A DNA stretch of 64,000 nt. Origin: Acidobacteriota bacterium. Its GTDB lineage: Bacteria; Acidobacteriota; Thermoanaerobaculia; Multivoradales; UBA5704. Location: NCBI GenBank assembly GCA_040005235.1, contig JBDTZG010000026.1, positions 13,354 through 77,353 on the forward strand, in the 5' to 3' direction. Both the position numbers and the translations under genes were made by a program. This document shows, one piece after another, positions 59,194 to 64,000 of this stretch (positions are counted from its first letter, which is position 1; each line of letters opens with the position of its first letter). Below the pieces are notes generated by a model that did not search any database, had not been told where the DNA came from, and saw only the letters and a program-made list of their open reading frames with translations.

Positions 59194-60111
59194 ATGCCGA
59201 CCTCTCTCGTCCATCGCCAGTTGATCGTCGTCACCGGCAAGGGGGGCGTAGGCAAGACGTCGGTCGCCGCATTGCTCGGCAGCGCGCTCGCCGCGGCAGG
59301 ACGGCGAACGCTGGTGGCCGAGGTCGATCCGCGGGAGAACTTGCACCGGATGCTCGGGGTTCCCCCGTCGGGCGGGGAGATCCTGCGCGCGGGCGGCAAG
59401 CTCTGGGTCCAGAACTTGAGCCCTCAACGGGTGATCGACGACCTGGTCCGCGAGCAGCTCAAATTCGGCCTGATTTCCCGCCGGGTGCTCGAAAGCCCGA
59501 TCTATCAGCACTTCACGGCCGGGGCTCCGGGTTTGAAGGAGATGGCGGTGCTCGGCCACGCCCTGCGCGTGCTGCGCGGCGAGGCGGGGAAGGACGCTCC
59601 GGCGATCGAGACCGTCATCCTCGATGCTCCCGCGACCGGCCACGGCGTGGCGCTGCTCGCGGCGCCGCACTTGGTTTCCGAGGCGGTCCGCTCCGGGCCG
59701 ATCCATCGCATGTCGGGTGAGGTGGCGGAGCTGATCGCCGATCCCGCCCGGTCGGCGATCGTCGCCGTCACGCTCGCCGAGGAGATGCCGGTGCAAGAGG
59801 TGCTGGAGCTGGCCGAGACCCTGCGCAGCCGGGTCGGCCGCGAGCCCGAGCTGCTGGTGGCGAACGGGTTGTTTCCTCCCGTTCCGGCGGAGGAGGCCGA
59901 CGAAACCGCCACCGCCACCGCCGATCCCGCGGGCCACCTCTGGCGGCGCCGCCGGGCGAGCCAGGAGCGCGAGCTGGCGCGCCTCGCCGAGCTGTGGCCG
60001 GGAAGCCGGATCGACCTGCCCCAGCTGCCGCTCGCCGGCGGGCCGGAGCTAGTCGCGACGCTGCGCCGCGAGGCGGAATCCCAACCGGCTTGGAGCGAGC
60101 TGTGGAGCTGA
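59194..60111 (+). CDS. ArsA/Get3-like ATPase, subunit 1
   Basis: GKGGVGKTS, APGLKE, LDAPATGH, TLAEEMPVQE. No Cys residues, so no arsenite ligands. Confidence 0.88.
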   Translation: MPTSLVHRQLIVVTGKGGVGKTSVAALLGSALAAAGRRTLVAEVDPRENLHRMLGVPPSGGEILRAGGKLWVQNLSPQRVIDDLVREQLKFGLISRRVLESPIYQHFTAGAPGLKEMAVLGHALRVLRGEAGKDAPAIETVILDAPATGHGVALLAAPHLVSEAVRSGPIHRMSGEVAELIADPARSAIVAVTLAEEMPVQEVLELAETLRSRVGREPELLVANGLFPPVPAEEADETATATADPAGHLWRRRRASQERELARLAELWPGSRIDLPQLPLAGGPELVATLRREAESQPAWSELWS

Positions 60112-61187
60112 TCTCTTCCGACGCGCCGCTGCTCGTGTTCGTCGGCGCCGGGGGTGTCGGCAAGACCACCCTCGCCGCTTCGACGGCGCTGCGCGCCGCC
60201 CGCGAGGGGAAGCGCACCCTGGTGATGACGTTCGATCCCTCCCTCCGCTTGAAAGATGCGCTCGGGGTGGGCGAAGAGGCGCGCGACCGGGAGGTGCCGG
60301 TCGATCTTTCCGGCCTCGCGCCGATCCGGGCCGGCGGCTCGCTCCACGCGAGCCTGCTCGATGCGCGGCGGACGTTCGACCGGTTGATCGAGCGCTATGC
60401 CCCCGATCCCGCCGTGCGCGAACGGATCCTCGGCAATTCTTTCTACGGGCAGCTCTCCGGCTCGCTCGGCGGCATCCTCGAATACATGGCGGTCGAGCGC
60501 CTGTTCGAGGCCGCGGGCGACGGTAGTTACGACCAGGTCATTCTCGATACGCCTCCCACCCGCCAGGCGCTCGATTTCCTGGAGGCACCCGCGCGGATCA
60601 TGGGCTTTCTCGACAGCGGCGCGCTCAAGGTGGCGCTCAAGCCCTGGTTCGACGAGAAGGGCCGGTTGAAGCCCGCAACTCGCTGGGGCGGCCTGGGGCG
60701 GAAATTCGAGAGTTTTCTCGACGACGTGGTCGGGCTCGATCTGTTGCGCGACATGGCGGAGTTCTTCCAGGTGTTCGCGCCGCTTTTCGCCGGCTTCCGC
60801 GAGCGGGCGAGCGAAGTCGAAGACCTCCTCCGCTCCGCCCGGACACGTTTCATGCTGGTCGCCGGTCCGGGCGAGGAGGCGATCCCCGACGCCCTGTTCT
60901 TCGCCCGGCGGCTCGGCCAGGCGGGGCTCCACCTCGGTGCGCTGGTGGTCAATCGGGTGCACCCCCTGCTAACGCCGCTCCCTCAGGGGGGCGATGAGCG
61001 CGATGGCCGTCATCTGCTCGCTTGGCTGGGGGAGCGCGACCGGAACGGGCTGGCCCGGCTGGCGGAGCTTGCCGGGCCGCGGCAACCGCTCCTGCCGGTG
61101 CCGCTTTCAGCCGATGAACCGACCGATCTGCCCGCCCTTGCGGCCCTTGGTGACTTCCTTGCAGAAGGTCTTTCCGAGGGGCATTGA
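60102..61187 (+). CDS. ArsA/Get3-like ATPase, subunit 2
   Basis: GAGGVGKTT (signature Lys replaced by Ala), TFDPS.RL, EYMAVERL, LDTPPTRQALDFL. The GTG start overlaps the subunit 1 end. Confidence 0.88.
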   Translation: MELISSDAPLLVFVGAGGVGKTTLAASTALRAAREGKRTLVMTFDPSLRLKDALGVGEEARDREVPVDLSGLAPIRAGGSLHASLLDARRTFDRLIERYAPDPAVRERILGNSFYGQLSGSLGGILEYMAVERLFEAAGDGSYDQVILDTPPTRQALDFLEAPARIMGFLDSGALKVALKPWFDEKGRLKPATRWGGLGRKFESFLDDVVGLDLLRDMAEFFQVFAPLFAGFRERASEVEDLLRSARTRFMLVAGPGEEAIPDALFFARRLGQAGLHLGALVVNRVHPLLTPLPQGGDERDGRHLLAWLGERDRNGLARLAELAGPRQPLLPVPLSADEPTDLPALAALGDFLAEGLSEGH

Positions 61188-61236
61188 CGCAGCGCGGCAA
61201 GATTGCTTGACGAATCATGCCGCAGTGCGGTAATTT
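61185..61236 (+). promoter_or_regulatory. phaR promoter with two TGCCGCA-N-TGCGGCA-like operators
   Basis: TGACGCA-G-CGCGGCA (61185) and TGCCGCA-G-TGCGGTA (61218). The second lies within TTGACG-18-TAATTT. Confidence 0.6.
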
Positions 61237-61292
61237 CCTTTTGCGGGGGTAGTAGCCGCCGCGAACGGACGAACCAGAAAGAAGGTACCGCA

Positions 61293-61736
61293 ATGGTCCG
61301 CCTGATCAAGCGTTACGAAAGCCGCAAGCTGTATGACACCGAAGAGAGCCGCTATGTCGGGCTCGACGAGATCGCCGCCTGGGTCCGCGAGGGCCAGGAG
61401 ATCCGTGTGGTCGACAACGGCAGCGGTACGGACGTGACGCCGCAGACCCTGACTCAAATCATCTTGGACGAGGGGCGCAAAGGCACCTCGTTCCTTCCGA
61501 GCGACCTGCTCCACGATCTCGTACGGATCGGCGAGCGGGCCGTGCATGCGGGCAAAGAGCAGTTGGCCCAAGGTGTGGACAAACTGGTGCAGGCGTCGAT
61601 CGATCACCTCGGGCCCGTGCGCAAGGTGCGCGAGGAGATGGCGAGTCTGCGCAACCGGCTCGAAGATCTGGAAGCTTCGCTCGCCGATCTCGATCCCGCC
61701 TCGAGCCCGAAGACCGAAGAGGCCGAGCCGAGCTGA
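61293..61736 (+). CDS. phaR: PHA synthesis regulator with PhaR-type DNA-binding domain
   Basis: IKRYESRKLYDTEESRYV.L..I...VREG....VVD..SG.DVT..TLTQII. Confidence 0.88.
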   Translation: MVRLIKRYESRKLYDTEESRYVGLDEIAAWVREGQEIRVVDNGSGTDVTPQTLTQIILDEGRKGTSFLPSDLLHDLVRIGERAVHAGKEQLAQGVDKLVQASIDHLGPVRKVREEMASLRNRLEDLEASLADLDPASSPKTEEAEPS

Positions 61737-61781
61737 CCCGTCCCGCCTCGTCACGAAGCGTTACCCAGAACGGAGAACACC

Positions 61782-62174
61782 ATGATCCAGGAACTAGAGA
61801 GCGCGACCGACAAAACCGGCGCCGTGCTTCAAAAGATGGGCCGCGACCTCGCGGCGACCGGCCGCAACGCCTGGCTCGCAGGGTTGGGCGTCGTGGCGGA
61901 GGCCGACGAACAGGGCCGCAGCCTGTTCGACCGCTTGGTCGAGCGCGGCCGGCCGCTGGCCGAAAAGCAGAAAGAGACGTTCGCCGAGGCGACCGACAAA
62001 ATGGAGCGGTCGGCTCGCGAGCTCGGCAAGCTGGTCAACGACTCGGTCGAATACGAGGTCCGCGGCGCTCTCGGGCGTTTCGGCCTCGCGACGCGCGACG
62101 ATCTAAAGGCGCTCGAAAGGCGTCTCGAAAACCTGTCGCGCCAGCTCGACGACCTCACCGTCGTCGGCTCGTAA
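61782..62174 (+). CDS. Phasin-family granule-associated protein (PhaI/PhaF-like)
   Basis: RNAWLAGLG...LFDRLVERG...GLATRDDL..L..RLE.L. Confidence 0.85.
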   Translation: MIQELESATDKTGAVLQKMGRDLAATGRNAWLAGLGVVAEADEQGRSLFDRLVERGRPLAEKQKETFAEATDKMERSARELGKLVNDSVEYEVRGALGRFGLATRDDLKALERRLENLSRQLDDLTVVGS

Positions 62175-62215
62175 GCACCGCAGCACCCAACCACACAAAC
62201 TCAAGGGGATTCCCC

Positions 62216-62614
62216 ATGGCTACTCAAGAGAAGAAGATCCAGGACGATGTGAAGGACTCTGCCCACCGCATTTGGCTCGCGGGGCTCGGCGCGCTGGCCG
62301 CCGCTGAGGAGGAAGGCTCGAAGCTGTTCTCCCGCCTGGTCGAGCGCGGCAAGGGTTTCGAGGCCGACGGCAAAGATCAATTCGCCAAGGCCAAGAAGAA
62401 GGCCGAGAAGGTCTACGAGGACGTGAGCGAGACGGTCGACGAGAAGGTGACCGCCGCCCTTCATCGCCTCGGCGTGCCGACCCGCGAAGAGATCAAGCAC
62501 CTGACCAAGAAGGTCGAGGAGCTGACCGCGAAGGTCGAGCAGCTCAAGCCGAAGGTCGCCGCCGCGGCCGCCGACGAAGAGAAGAAGGCTCCGGCGCGCA
62601 ATAAGGCCGAGTAA
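62216..62614 (+). CDS. Phasin-family granule-associated protein (PhaF/PhaI-like)
   Basis: SAHRIWLAGLGA...EEGSKLFSRLVERG...LHRLGVPTREEI; short Ala/Lys tail. Confidence 0.88.
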   Translation: MATQEKKIQDDVKDSAHRIWLAGLGALAAAEEEGSKLFSRLVERGKGFEADGKDQFAKAKKKAEKVYEDVSETVDEKVTAALHRLGVPTREEIKHLTKKVEELTAKVEQLKPKVAAAAADEEKKAPARNKAE

Positions 62615-62691
62615 CTTTCCATCCTTAGGCGGCCGGTTCCCTCGCGGAGCGAGAGAGCCGGCCGGTCGATTCACCTTTCGGGAGCGGAGGG

Positions 62692-63942
62692 GTGTCCAGC
62701 GTGAGCAAGGCACGGACGGCGGGAAAGACCCACGGTGGCAAGATCGGACTCGCGCTCGCCGGGGGTCTGATGGAGGGCGCGATCTACGAGATCGGCGCAC
62801 TCCGTGCGCTCGACGAAGTGCTCGACGGCTTCGACTTCAACGCGGCGCACATCTACGTCGGCGTCTCGGCCGGTGCGTTCTTGGCGGCGTGTCTCGCGAA
62901 CAACCTGACCACCGCACAGATGTGTCGCGCGATCGTCTCCACCGAGCCGGGCGAGCACCCGTTCGTTGCCGAGACTTTCCTCACCCCCGCCTTTTCCCGC
63001 GTCGCCGGGACCGCAACCGCGCTGCCGCGCCTGTTGTTCGAGGCGATCCAGGACTACGTCGCCCGCCCGGCCGAGAAGTCGTTCCTGGGCTCGCTCACTC
63101 GGCTCTCCCGGTCGCTGCCGATTGGCCTGTTCGACAACGAACCGATCGTTCGGTACCTCGAACGGGTCTGGAGCATCAAAGGCAGGACCGACGACTTCCG
63201 CAAGCTCGGCAAACACCTGGTGGTGGTCGCCACCGATCTCGATTCCGGCCAGGCGGTGCGTTTCGGCGAGCCGGGTTTCGATCACATCCCGATCTCCAAA
63301 GCGGTCCAGGCCAGCTCGGCGCTGCCCGGAATCTATCCGCCGGTCGACATCGAAGGGCGGCACTACGTCGATGGGATCCTGATCAAGACACTCCACGCCT
63401 CGGTCGCACTCGAAGCGGGCGCCGACCTGGTGCTCTGCATCAACCCCATTGTCCCGGTAGATCTCGCCCGCGCCCGCGGCGCCGGCTATGAGGGGAACGG
63501 GAACCTGAGGAGTATGGGGCTGCCGACCGTGTTGTCGCAGACCTTTCGAACCCTGATTCATTCGCGGCTCGAAATCGGCATGGCGGCCTACAAGACCAAG
63601 TTCAAGGACGCCGACGTCGTCCTGTTCGAGCCCGACCGCAACGATCACCGGATGTTCTTCACCAACATCCTCGGTTTCTCCGAGCGCCGCAGGGTCGCCG
63701 ACCACGCCTACCGCTCGACCCGCCGCGACTTGCTCCGTCGCGCGCCGGAGCTGGGTCCCCAACTGGCCAAGCACGGCATCACGCTACGCACCGACCTGCT
63801 CGAAGATCTCGACCGCGACCTCTGGGAGAGCGTCGGCCCGAGCGGCGGCCGGCACGCCCGCAAGGAATCGACCAGCGACGTCGCCGATCGCCTCGATTCG
63901 GCTCTCGACCGGCTCAGCACCTGGATGGACAGGCAAAACTAA
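62692..63942 (+). CDS. Patatin-like phospholipase / putative intracellular PHA depolymerase
   Basis: LALAGG..EGAIYEIG, GVSAG nucleophile, ASSALPG, YVDG. Confidence 0.88.
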   Translation: MSSVSKARTAGKTHGGKIGLALAGGLMEGAIYEIGALRALDEVLDGFDFNAAHIYVGVSAGAFLAACLANNLTTAQMCRAIVSTEPGEHPFVAETFLTPAFSRVAGTATALPRLLFEAIQDYVARPAEKSFLGSLTRLSRSLPIGLFDNEPIVRYLERVWSIKGRTDDFRKLGKHLVVVATDLDSGQAVRFGEPGFDHIPISKAVQASSALPGIYPPVDIEGRHYVDGILIKTLHASVALEAGADLVLCINPIVPVDLARARGAGYEGNGNLRSMGLPTVLSQTFRTLIHSRLEIGMAAYKTKFKDADVVLFEPDRNDHRMFFTNILGFSERRRVADHAYRSTRRDLLRRAPELGPQLAKHGITLRTDLLEDLDRDLWESVGPSGGRHARKESTSDVADRLDSALDRLSTWMDRQN

Positions 63943-63960
63943 GCGGAGCACGAGCTTTTC

Positions 63961-63987
63961 CCCGGGACCGCCGAGCACCAGCTCGGC
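63961..63987. repeat. Further copy of the REP-like unit at 21323
   Basis: CCCGGGACCGCCGAGCACCAGCTCGGC is identical over 27 nt. Confidence 0.9.
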
Positions 63988-64000
63988 ATCGAGGCGGTCG

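Noticed and set aside
59194-61187. Arsenic resistance operon
   Set aside because: No arsR/B/C/D and no metal-binding cysteines; the context is storage granules.

Overview
GC-rich bacterial chromosomal segment. The gene content (two IPTL-CTERM proteins, an ADOP-type duplicated permease, a sulfatase-TPR protein, REP-like palindromes) suggests Acidobacteriota, possibly Thermoanaerobaculia-like; this is an inference. About 50 coding regions are present. Housekeeping and envelope genes include pgsA, an MMPL transporter, ABC transporters, uppS, htpG, an IDH/IPMDH-family enzyme, rarA and GT39. Accessory patches include a TIR-Zn-finger fusion, a 4.4-kb two-gene island bracketed by a ~363-bp duplicated gene 3' end, a NYN ribonuclease with a structured and apparently terminated 5' RNA, and several broken genes. 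The window ends in a storage-granule cluster of two Get3/ArsA-like ATPases, phaR, two phasins and a patatin. No rRNA, tRNA, CRISPR array, integrase or transposase was recognised. The best candidates for undescribed systems are: (i) the promoter-small RNA-terminator-NYN RNase unit, which has type III toxin-antitoxin-like architecture; (ii) the ArsA/Get3 ATPase pair carrying the same palindromic operator as phaR; (iii) the integrase-less island with a 1074-aa beta-rich orphan protein; (iv) a ~41-bp-phased palindrome array. All calls come from reading the sequence by eye; no searches were run.
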